The notes under the pieces: model-generated
What the model was told of the DNA's origin: nothing
The model's input: the letters and a program-made list of their open reading frames with translations, nothing else
Database searches by the model: none
Position numbers and translations under genes: made by a program
From: Clostridia bacterium
Lineage (GTDB): Bacteria; Bacillota; Clostridia; Christensenellales; Borkfalkiaceae
Length of the DNA stretch: 56,626 bases
NCBI GenBank assembly: GCA_029061495.1
Contig: JAIDRX010000123.1
Span: forward strand, 1-56,626
Direction of reading: 5' to 3'
Shown here: one piece after another, positions 46,301 through 53,941 of the stretch
Position numbering within the stretch: the first letter of the stretch is position 1
Layout: every line of letters starts with the position of its first letter

Positions 46301-49300
46301 CCGTCCAGACTTCACCGGATTTCGTTGCCTTATATTCGAGCTTGGTATTGTCGTCTGCGTTGTCCGCGTTTTTAACGTACTTTGCAGGGTTAACGCCCGA
46401 GTTTTCGTGCTGCCAGTTCCATATAATTCTGCTTACGTCAACCTTGCCCGCGCCGACGGTAATTTCCCTCGTCTTTACTCCCTCTAACTTAGGGGTGAAG
46501 TGGTTATCGTCAAACTTTAAGCAATAATTGTCGTTTGCGTTACCCGCAGCGCCTGCCGCAACCTGAATAAGCAAGAAATAGGTTGCCTGCTCGTCAAAGG
46601 TTGCAATATCAACGTCTAAATCGCCGTAACCGATATCGCTCTGCAATGCGGTAATATTACCTGCCGCGCCGCTCGCATACTTGTACCAGCTTACGTTAAA
46701 GGTAACGACGTCGCCTGTAATAAGACCGGTAAGCGAATTTGCTTTTGCGGTAATTCCGTCGTCCGCGGTAGTGCCTGCGTCCCAAATCCAGACCTCATTT
46801 CCGTCCTTTGTTACGGGGGAAACAAGCTCGAAATCGAGCTGAGCCTTTTTAACCGTGCAGGTTACTATCTGTGCACCCGTGGGATTGTCGTTATCGTCCC
46901 ACTTGTAGTTGCGCGTGCTGGTCAAATCGAACTTAACCGCGTAGTCGCCTGCGTTAGTCGCAGTGAACGGGGTTGTCGTCGTTTTGTTTGCGTTATTTAC
47001 AGGCGTACCCTTAGTTAAGTCTGAATAAGTTTTTGAACCGTCTACAATACTGTCGCAAGCCGTAACTTTTACAGCGTCCGTGTTGTAGGTGTAGTTAACG
47101 GTCTGCGTGCTACCGTTATACGTTCCCGAACCGGTTGCAAACGCCGCCGTGGGCACGCTAATCTTTTGAGCCTCGATTGTGAAGCTGAACGTGCTTGTGC
47201 TTGCCGTGTCAAGGATATAGTCGCTTGTAGCCATAGGGTTTAAAATTACGGTAGCAGTATACTCGCCCGCCTCTTTAGGTGCGGTTGAGCTGCCGAGACC
47301 AAGCGCGCTGTTGTCCTTATCCTTACTATCGTCATTATAAGTATCGTCCGCCGCGGTTCCGTAATTGTTATTTGTACCTACGTAGAAAATCTGTACGGGG
47401 CAATTCGTTTTGGTTGCGCCGGTAGTCGTAAACGTAATGTCTACTACAACCGCAACGTTATCAAAAGTTACTTTACCGCCCGCAGTAACGGCATCCGTGC
47501 CGTGCTTCGCACTTAAAGTGAACGAAGCTTTGGTCTTTTCGATTTCAAAGTTCCAAACGTGAACCAAAGGCTCGTGGTTGGTTGCGGTTATAAGCGTGTA
47601 AACAACGTACTTGCCCGCGCTCGTTTTGGTAACCGCGCCTGCGCTCTGCCAGAAAGTCGGGTGGTCTGCCGCAGGTGTTGAAGCAGGGATATTCGAATCG
47701 CCCTCCGTGAATACGACGTGCTTTTGCGCGCTTGTAGAAACGCCCGCTTTAAGTATTATGTAGCCGTTGGGTATAAGTACGTTTTGCGCGCTACCAGTGT
47801 ACGACTTTTTATCGTACTGGTTAGTTGTATCGGGGTCTTTAACGCTTATCGCCGCACCCGTTACGGTGAAGGTAGCCTTTGCCTCGTTTCCTGCCGTAGG
47901 AGCGGTCCCGTCGGGCTTTAAGAAGGTTACCGTATAGTTAGCGTTTGTACACTTTGCTGTTATGTCGTAAGTACCCTGCGCCGTATAGCCGCTTGATACC
48001 ACAGCGGGGCTTGAAAGCACCACGGGATAAACGCTGTTTACGATATCCACATCCGCCGCAATAAAAGTCTTGCTGGTATCCATGTAGCGCCAACCGCTCT
48101 TATACACTTTGCTTCCGTTTGCGTAAATGCGGTTTGCGGGCGCAGTTGCACTGTCTACAAGGTTGCCCTTACTGTCGTAATATTTACCGTTATCCGTGGT
48201 AATATCGCCCACGGCCATTTCATTAGTTGTTACGGGTTTTTGGTTAAGCGCAACCTTAACGCTGTACTCCGCCCAGTCGTCGTGCAAAATTATTGTAACG
48301 GGGCGCGGAGTTATGGTAAACTGTGCGTTTGTATAAGTTATATTGTAGTTTTTGTTTGTAGTTGCCGTTATGTCATTCGTAATTACGTAACCGCCGGCGT
48401 TATGGCCGTAGTACTTTGAAAGTTGTACGCCTAAATCCGAATAGTTATCCCAGCTTGCAAGCGTGCTGCTGCTATCAAGCTGCCAGCCGCCCTTCGGCGC
48501 GCCGAGGGTAGGATCTACCGTGTTGTTAAAGTTGTTGTCCAGCGTAATCGTCTCGCCGTACATTTGGTTGTCGTTGTTTATAATAACCGCTATATCTTTG
48601 GGTACGATTTCAATACTGAACGAATTATAATAAGCAACACCGGTTAGAGGTACGGGTTGTATATCGAAAAAGAAATTATAAGTACCCGTTTGGTTTAATG
48701 CGGTGCTGTTAAGCACATCGGTCTCGGTGTAACTAATGGTAGTCGCGCCTGCCGGGGCGGGATTAACCTTTTCCTCGACTAAAACAGCCTTATCAAAGTT
48801 GGTTCCGCCTTCCGTACCGTTAGGCCAGGTAAACGTTGCAGTGGTTGTGCCGTCGGTGCCAACGGCCTTTACAGCCTTAATTTTTTCACCGTATGTAAAT
48901 TTTGCGTAAAGTGAACCATCGTTAAGGTTAACCCAGTTGCTGTCAGTGCCGTCTGCATTCTCCGTCTTATAAGACCATTTAAAATAGCTTGTTCCCGTAC
49001 TATCCGCAACAAACCTTAAAGCGGTATTCACAAGATTAAATTTATAACCTTTATTCTGACTACTGAAAAACTGGGACCAGTGATATCCGCAGAGGTTATC
49101 GGACGTTACGCCTTTAACTATGTCTTGATTTGTTGCAGTGCCGCAAGAACTGTAAATTCCTACCTGAGCGGACTTACCGTTTTTATACAGAGGTCCCGTT
49201 ACCGTTAACTGACCGTATTCTTCAAGCCATAAATCGTGAGGAAGGTTGTTGCTAGCGGTGTCGGTTTTACCGTTGTTTGCTATAACTACCGGTCCGCCTA

Positions 49301-50780
49301 TTTCAATTTTGGAATATTTAGCTATGGTAACGCCTTCGCACGTATCCGCATAAGAATAGCCGGTATCACCTTTATTGTTGTCAACAATCTGTCCGCCGTT
49401 AAGATATACGTAACATTTATACGTGCCGTTGTTGCCGTATCCGGCACAAATTCCCGTAGAGCCGTATCCGTCGGGCATTGAATCGTTGCCCTTTATAATA
49501 CCGCCGTTCATTGTGAAATCGGACTTGTTGCAAAGCTTAACGCCGCCGCCTTCCATACCGTAGTTGTATGAAACTTCGCCGCCGTTCATAACTACGGTAG
49601 AGCTTGACTCTATATACATTCCGCCGCCGCCCGTACGAGCTTTGGTATTGCCCGTAGAAGAGACGTAAGAAGTTCCAAGCGCACGGTTGCGGGTAATTTT
49701 ACCGCCGTTAATTTCAACAAGGTTTGCATTAGATATATACAGTCCGCCGCCTGGACCCTGCGCTACGTTGTATGAAATTTCACCGCCGTTAATAACGGCT
49801 GTACTGTTTGCGTAAATCTGTCCGCCCGCGCCGCCGTCGGTTGTCGCGCTTGTTTGGTTGCGGGTAATTTTACCGCCATACATTGTGAAGTCTGAACCTT
49901 CAATCGCGAAACCGCCCGCCCAATCGGCAGAGTTATTTGAAATTTCGCCGCCGTACATATTGAACGTACTGCCGCCGTATACGTATACGCCGCCGCCCAG
50001 AGACTTCTTTTTGGAGTTAGTCTTTATTGTTTGGTTGTCGGTAATTTTGCCGCCGTACATATTGAAAGTACCGCCGTTACCGCCGTTATTCGTCACTACT
50101 ACGCCGCCGCCGCCGGCAGTTTGCGCAACATTAGTATCTTCAGGCTCGCCCTTGTTACCCGTAATGGTGCCGCCGTACATATTCAAAACGCCGCTGTCGT
50201 TCCAGACGCCGCCGGCGGAATAGTCGTGTCCGCCCGTGATAACGCCGCTGTCGTCACCCGAACCGTCTATAATATTAAGCGTACCGCAGTTCACCCATAT
50301 AACCATACCGTCTATTGACGACGGCAAGTCTTTCAGCCCTCTGTCAAGAGTGTGACCGTTTAAATCAAGCGTTATGGTTACGCCAGCCGGTATGTAAAGC
50401 GTACCTTGGGTTTGCGAAACGTCAGTCGGAGTTATACCGAAATCCGGACTGCCCGACGTAGAGGGCGCAGTCCAGTCGTCTTCAAGTTTTATAAGGGTGT
50501 GCTTGCCCGCATAGCGTATAGCCTCGTCCCAAGCCGCAGCCTTTTCTGCATCGCTTGAGCCCTGTTTTATCGTAATTTCGTAATCGTAATTAGTATTTAA
50601 GGTAGGCTTAATAGCCGCCGCCGCGCTTGAAGCGCTTGCGCCGGTTCCGTTGCCGTCTGCAAGTCCTTTAAGTTTGTCTGCCCTGCTGTTTAAGCCCAAA
50701 ATCGTGCCGACCGTAACCGTGCAAGCAAGAAGTATTGCGCACAGTACGCTTAGCGCCACCTTTTTAAACAGTTTTGACAT
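43314..50780 (-). CDS. giant (2488 aa) cell-surface protein: signal/anchor, parallel beta-helix repeats, many Ig-like (MBG-type) modules, C-terminal TM and about 380-aa low-complexity cytoplasmic tail
   Basis: N-terminal hydrophobic signal. More than 10 repeats of '..GGG.....G.F.MYGG.I..N..'. Repeated 'YG/YDG...T.TP.P(I/V)T' modules. TM WLWFVIGGAALLLLILLIIIIAVA, then KKKKKKK, a coiled-coil A/E/K/M segment and a Q/P-rich segment. Confidence 0.85.
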   Translation of the reverse strand: MSKLFKKVALSVLCAILLACTVTVGTILGLNSRADKLKGLADGNGTGASASSAAAAIKPTLNTNYDYEITIKQGSSDAEKAAAWDEAIRYAGKHTLIKLEDDWTAPSTSGSPDFGITPTDVSQTQGTLYIPAGVTITLDLNGHTLDRGLKDLPSSIDGMVIWVNCGTLNIIDGSGDDSGVITGGHDYSAGGVWNDSGVLNMYGGTITGNKGEPEDTNVAQTAGGGGVVVTNNGGNGGTFNMYGGKITDNQTIKTNSKKKSLGGGVYVYGGSTFNMYGGEISNNSADWAGGFAIEGSDFTMYGGKITRNQTSATTDGGAGGQIYANSTAVINGGEISYNVAQGPGGGLYISNANLVEINGGKITRNRALGTSYVSSTGNTKARTGGGGMYIESSSTVVMNGGEVSYNYGMEGGGVKLCNKSDFTMNGGIIKGNDSMPDGYGSTGICAGYGNNGTYKCYVYLNGGQIVDNNKGDTGYSYADTCEGVTIAKYSKIEIGGPVVIANNGKTDTASNNLPHDLWLEEYGQLTVTGPLYKNGKSAQVGIYSSCGTATNQDIVKGVTSDNLCGYHWSQFFSSQNKGYKFNLVNTALRFVADSTGTSYFKWSYKTENADGTDSNWVNLNDGSLYAKFTYGEKIKAVKAVGTDGTTTATFTWPNGTEGGTNFDKAVLVEEKVNPAPAGATTISYTETDVLNSTALNQTGTYNFFFDIQPVPLTGVAYYNSFSIEIVPKDIAVIINNDNQMYGETITLDNNFNNTVDPTLGAPKGGWQLDSSSTLASWDNYSDLGVQLSKYYGHNAGGYVITNDITATTNKNYNITYTNAQFTITPRPVTIILHDDWAEYSVKVALNQKPVTTNEMAVGDITTDNGKYYDSKGNLVDSATAPANRIYANGSKVYKSGWRYMDTSKTFIAADVDIVNSVYPVVLSSPAVVSSGYTAQGTYDITAKCTNANYTVTFLKPDGTAPTAGNEAKATFTVTGAAISVKDPDTTNQYDKKSYTGSAQNVLIPNGYIILKAGVSTSAQKHVVFTEGDSNIPASTPAADHPTFWQSAGAVTKTSAGKYVVYTLITATNHEPLVHVWNFEIEKTKASFTLSAKHGTDAVTAGGKVTFDNVAVVVDITFTTTGATKTNCPVQIFYVGTNNNYGTAADDTYNDDSKDKDNSALGLGSSTAPKEAGEYTATVILNPMATSDYILDTASTSTFSFTIEAQKISVPTAAFATGSGTYNGSTQTVNYTYNTDAVKVTACDSIVDGSKTYSDLTKGTPVNNANKTTTTPFTATNAGDYAVKFDLTSTRNYKWDDNDNPTGAQIVTCTVKKAQLDFELVSPVTKDGNEVWIWDAGTTADDGITAKANSLTGLITGDVVTFNVSWYKYASGAAGNITALQSDIGYGDLDVDIATFDEQATYFLLIQVAAGAAGNANDNYCLKFDDNHFTPKLEGVKTREITVGAGKVDVSRIIWNWQHENSGVNPAKYVKNADNADDNTKLEYKATKSGEVWTATNILITADLSDLDYLELDTSKGTNGFEIGTVDGKEYGNKFSNAGTHVTRIYVKIKDGSSYEFDTADKSTYTADSKKTAYVDFEWEIAKKVISFVDDGGDSVVEWVYYTSKNNEKPAADATWTKYSDTNKPSYTGKRIYVKVSDDYLKGLGISLDDIEIEYEGDYGVNLPTTANPKNTTTASATLSGESAKNYTLKTTDLPDFEWEIGKTKVTVNGWNKYGQTLSDDDGHEFNLPGVKIVGDDETAKKLAELIEYKYTYTIPGGETKTDVDKDEMIADLFAIADENGQPISIKVTADLSDDAKKNYDIAFDGANSTYNSSIGDNKLKIYISLENATSVYGDVKFALNAYYFINNDTTDSRQTYDNREYLEVEIEAPNGDKNTLKFTELANFGEYIKNAGEYKLTFKITNEDELEIYKLAKSSATFTVTPKPIAVPQITGDIIFNGVNIKLTDHLDANYKLYLDMVNDEGDPLIKWTAYTEERNVGDDYKATLTLTSTNYVWAYPENTQEPMKALARYTVVDETLAVTGDDVNANYTWEIKPFVLDGDNLWNLKGKDGASVNLPEWVTAMIAEEKIDLSLEYGYRTDKAAIPEKTVDFKGGNSFWVEAYLGGADKDNFVFANGKTTSEMVEYTVPQSGAAAFFGSALNFVKNNWLWFVIGGAALLLLILLIIIIAVAKKKKKKKAAEEEAKKEKEEAKAAAAAAAGMPMAAMAGMAMADDGRAARAEAEAAKAKAQMEIERAKMEAEMAKMRAQMEAQQAQQQQPAPQQVQQPVQQPAQQPQNNVDANVIAELKAELAALRASHAAPSPSYSPAPYGGESSALAKIEAELAAMRSEQRVLREAELKASQEVAVEKMKTEFARLRADSRYGYNQPSVLPDLQNAIASGDMPAIPANLVGALILSAMNMANKQPAQPAEQPPQVIEAESQSGAVNTPTMYPPDAVITTTTTVDTTNRTRESASRTENRDSLDSRESRDSRMDDIFDIDGFYDKFEGNK

Positions 50781-51301
50781 AATGTATCTCCTTGTTCCCT
50801 ACTTTGCCGTTCGCTAAATAAGGGTGATTTTTAAATTTTTACCACATTAACAACACGAATAAAGCGTGCATCTCCCAAAGAGATACACGCTTTTTGCTTG
50901 TCTTTTGCCCAGAGGCACACCATTACATTATATATATAATAAAAGTGTGTCCCCTGAGAGACACACCCGCAAGTAATATCTCTTCAGGTTACCACACCAT
51001 CTAATCTAATCTGCATTGGGGCAAATTGAATTGAAAACAAGAGATACAAATGCCTTGTTTTAACCCCAGTGCAGATTAAAAAAATAATCTGTTATTCTGC
51101 AGTTTAAATATTAAATTAGATAATGTGGTATGGTGATTATATCATAGCGAATTTCAAAAAACAATACTTTTTTGACAAATTTTTTAAAATTGTGGTTGCC
51201 AATTTTTACAACCACTATATATAGTGTGTCTTACTTGCGTTGGCGGCGTATTTCAATTGTTTTTGCGCAAATTTTACCCCTTTCAGGTCGATTTTAGGCA
51301 T

Positions 51302-51332
51302 AAAAAAGCCGCCCGAGCCTTGCTCGGGCGGC
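51302..51332 (-). terminator. terminator of the MATE gene
   Basis: GCCGCCCGAG-loop-CTCGGGCGGC followed by U-run on the minus strand. Confidence 0.85.
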
Positions 51333-51372
51333 GTAAAATTCATATTTATTACGATACATATGTATAAAAACG

Positions 51373-52704
51373 CTATGCGTAGCCGTATTTTTTACGGAAA
51401 CAACATATGCAAATAAGCGTAACTATAAGCGCGGCGATATCCGCAAACAGCGAGGCGCACCAAACTCCGTCAAGCCCCATAAACATAGGCAGAACCATTA
51501 CGGCGGTTATCTGGAAGGCTATCGTCCTCAAAAACGACACCAAAGCCGAAATTAGTCCGTTATTAAGCGCTGTAAACAGCGACGAGCCGTACATATTAAA
51601 GCCCACCAATATGAATATAAACGCATATATTCTGAAACCGCGCAAAGCCATTTCGTACAAGTCATGCTCGTAGCCGAATATTTTAATAAACGGACTTGCA
51701 AGCGCTTCCGAAAGCCCGAACATACAAAGCCCCGTCAGCGCCATAATTACAAGGCTTTTGCCGTACAGGTTTTTCATCTCCTCTTTGTTCTGCGCACCGT
51801 AGTTGAAGCCCATCAGCGGCGCGCACCCGACGGCGTAGCCCATAAAGACGGAAAAGAAAATCATTGCTATGTACATTATCGAGCCGTACGCCGTAACCCC
51901 TCCGTCGCCGACGAGGTTTTTTATCTGGTGGTTATACAAAATTACGACGAGCGCGCTCGATACGTTTGACAAAAACTCGGACGAGCCGTTTGTGCACGAC
52001 TTTAAAAAGGCTTTGCCGTAAAATCTGGTTTTTGTAAGCCTTAAAAGCGATTTGTTTTTGCAGAAAAAGTAAATTACGGGAAAAACTCCGCCGAAAACCT
52101 GGCTCACCGCCGTTGCAATAGCCGCGCCCGTAAGCCCCCAGCCGCAGCCTGCGACGAAAATTGCGTCCAGAACCATATTCAGAACGCCAGCCGAAGCCGT
52201 TACTATAAGACCGAGACGGGGCTTTTCCGCAGTTACGAAAAAGCTTTGGAAAATATTCTGCAATATGAAAAACGGCAGGGTTGCGAGAAGTATTCTACCG
52301 TAAATTACACAGTAGCCGTAAATAGGCTCTTCATTAGCGCCTAAAAGACGCGCAAGCGGCGGAATTGCAAACTGTCCCCCCACCGCTATTACTATACCTA
52401 TGCCCGCAGTAATGTAGACGAGCAACGAAAAGTATTTGTTTGCAAGCTCTTTATCGCCCTCGCCCAGGGTTTTGGAGACGAGCGCGCTTCCGCCCGCGCC
52501 TATCATAAAACCGATAGAGCCGAATATCATAAATACGGGGTAAATATAGTTTATGGCGGCAACCGCCTCCGACCCCGCAAAATTGGATACGAAAAGTCCG
52601 TCCACCACGCTGTAAATGCTGGTGAACACCATCATAATAATCGACGGAGCTACGAATATTAAAAGTTTTTTGTAAGTGAAATGGTCCGAAAGCTGTATTT
52701 TCAT
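51373..52704 (-). CDS. MATE-family efflux transporter
   Basis: 443 aa, 12 predicted TM helices, N-terminal pattern typical of MatE proteins. Confidence 0.92.
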   Translation of the reverse strand: MKIQLSDHFTYKKLLIFVAPSIIMMVFTSIYSVVDGLFVSNFAGSEAVAAINYIYPVFMIFGSIGFMIGAGGSALVSKTLGEGDKELANKYFSLLVYITAGIGIVIAVGGQFAIPPLARLLGANEEPIYGYCVIYGRILLATLPFFILQNIFQSFFVTAEKPRLGLIVTASAGVLNMVLDAIFVAGCGWGLTGAAIATAVSQVFGGVFPVIYFFCKNKSLLRLTKTRFYGKAFLKSCTNGSSEFLSNVSSALVVILYNHQIKNLVGDGGVTAYGSIMYIAMIFFSVFMGYAVGCAPLMGFNYGAQNKEEMKNLYGKSLVIMALTGLCMFGLSEALASPFIKIFGYEHDLYEMALRGFRIYAFIFILVGFNMYGSSLFTALNNGLISALVSFLRTIAFQITAVMVLPMFMGLDGVWCASLFADIAALIVTLICICCFRKKYGYA

Positions 52705-52711
52705 ATTCGAT

Positions 52712-52800
52712 AAAAAAAGAACGCCGTGGGTTATCTTTCAATAATCCGGGCGCACCCGACATCTTCTCCGACCGAGCCGCTGCGGCGGTCAGTCCTCCGA
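52712..52800 (-). promoter_or_regulatory. structured 5' leader of the MATE gene, candidate guanidine-IV (mepA-motif)-like riboswitch
   Basis: Hairpin 1 is CCGC-CGCA-GCGG (52777-52788, extendable to 52770-52790). Hairpin 2 is CGGG-TGCG-CCCG (52747-52758). The two tetraloops are exact reverse complements. Weak GCGCC/GGCGU stem plus U7 tract (52712-52730). Confidence 0.4.
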
Positions 52801-52824
52801 TGACAATTTATATGGTTTACGCGT

Positions 52825-52853
52825 ATTATAAATGGTTATATAATATATGTCAA
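52825..52853 (-). promoter_or_regulatory. consensus sigma-A promoter of the MATE gene
   Basis: Minus strand reads TTGACA-17 nt-TATAAT, giving about a 110-nt leader. Confidence 0.8.
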
Positions 52854-52890
52854 ATATTTTATATCACTATTTTAAACATCGGTAAATCAA

Positions 52891-53745
52891 ATGAAAAAAA
52901 TTGTAGAAAATCAGACTTTGGACGAAGAGCGCGCGCTTTACAACCTGACTGACGCAACGGTTTTAAACTGCACCTTTGCAGGACCTGCGGACGGTGAGTC
53001 CGCGCTGAAAGAGTGCCGCAATATAGAAGTTAAGAACTGTAAATTTTCCTTGCGGTACCCCCTCTGGCATGCGGAAAAGTTCAGCGTTGAAAACTGTAAT
53101 ATGGACACGCTTACCCGCGCCGCGCTTTGGTACTGCATTGACGGAAAAATTGCCGGCAGCACGCTTGACGGAATTAAGGCTTTGCGCGAGTGCGAAAATA
53201 TAACCTTGTCGGGGTGTGAGATAGACTCGCCCGAGTTCGGCTGGCGGTGCAAAAATATTGAACTTTTAAACTGCAAGGCGAAAGCCGAGTACTTTATGTT
53301 CGAGTGCGAAAATTTAAATCTTGAAAACGTTGAGATGACGGGGAAATACTCCTTCCAGTACGTCGCGGGCGCTACGGTTGAAAACTGTAAGTTCGACACA
53401 AAGGACGCCTTCTGGCACTGCAAAAACGTAACGGTAAAAAACTCGGTACTGCGCGGAGAATACCTCGGCTGGTACTCCGACGGGCTTACGCTTATTAACT
53501 GCACGATTATAGGCACCCAGCCCCTCTGCTACTGCAAAAATTTAACGCTTATAAACTGCAAGACTGAGGGGTGCGATTTGGCATTCGAGTACTCGGACGT
53601 CAACGCGACGATAGAGGGGCATATAATTTCGATTAAAAACCCCAAAAGCGGTAGAATCGAGGTCGGAAGCGTGGACGAAATTATCCGCGGCGGCTGCGTT
53701 TTGCAATGCGACGGCGAAATTATCGTAAAGGGTAATTGTGGATAA
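52891..53745 (+). CDS. DUF3737-family beta-helix repeat protein
   Basis: 284 aa. MKKIVENQTLDEERALY... and the periodic 'C.N..L.NC' repeats are typical of DUF3737. Confidence 0.75.
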   Translation: MKKIVENQTLDEERALYNLTDATVLNCTFAGPADGESALKECRNIEVKNCKFSLRYPLWHAEKFSVENCNMDTLTRAALWYCIDGKIAGSTLDGIKALRECENITLSGCEIDSPEFGWRCKNIELLNCKAKAEYFMFECENLNLENVEMTGKYSFQYVAGATVENCKFDTKDAFWHCKNVTVKNSVLRGEYLGWYSDGLTLINCTIIGTQPLCYCKNLTLINCKTEGCDLAFEYSDVNATIEGHIISIKNPKSGRIEVGSVDEIIRGGCVLQCDGEIIVKGNCG

Positions 53746-53893
53746 AATTATTCATTTGTAAAAATAAATTTGTCGAAAAACCGCCTAAATTGGCGGTTTT
53801 TTATCTTTTGTGGATAAATTGTGGAAAACTTTTTGCATAATTGTATTTTTAAACTTTCCACACCGTATATTGTGGACAACTCGCGGTGGATAA
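53737..53893 (+). promoter_or_regulatory. DnaA-box cluster (two perfect and three single-mismatch boxes, same orientation)
   Basis: TGTGGATAA at 53737-53745 and 53809-53817. TGTGGAAAA at 53820-53828, TGTGGACAA at 53871-53879, GGTGGATAA at 53885-53893. A weak opposite-strand box is near 53854-53862. Confidence 0.6.
53776..53802 (+). terminator. terminator of the DUF3737 gene
   Basis: AAAAACCGCC-TAAATT-GGCGGTTTTTT. Confidence 0.8.
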
Positions 53894-53901
53894 CTTTTTA
53901 A

Positions 53902-53936
53902 CAAAAAATGAGAACCCGAAACACTTTCGGGTTCTC
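53902..53936 (-). terminator. terminator of dnaK-dnaJ
   Basis: GAGAACCCGAAA-CAC-TTTCGGGTTCTC followed by U-run on the minus strand. Confidence 0.85.
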
Positions 53937-53941
53937 TTATT

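Noticed and set aside
50781-51372. c-di-GMP riboswitch (GEMM-I or II) upstream of the giant adhesin gene
   Set aside because: GGGCAAAAG and GCAAAAAGC resemble fragments of the GEMM-I core. However, the intervening GNRA hairpin and the second stem are missing, and no class-II pseudoknot signature is present.
52705-52820. Guanidine-I (ykkC), guanidine-II (mini-ykkC) or guanidine-III riboswitch upstream of the MATE gene
   Set aside because: The CUAGGGUUCCG and GGUCCGAGAG cores of ykkC are absent. The loops are CGCA and UGCG rather than ACGR. The order of elements does not fit the guanidine-III pseudoknot.
52938-53516. 192-aa minus-strand ORF
   Set aside because: It is antisense to the DUF3737 gene, whose periodic Cys/Asn repeat pattern identifies the plus frame as the real one.
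53737-53893. Chromosomal replication origin (oriC)
   Set aside because: There is no dnaA or dnaN gene and no divergent gene-orientation switch. I could see no clear DnaA-trio or DUE arrangement. It is kept only as a DnaA-box cluster.
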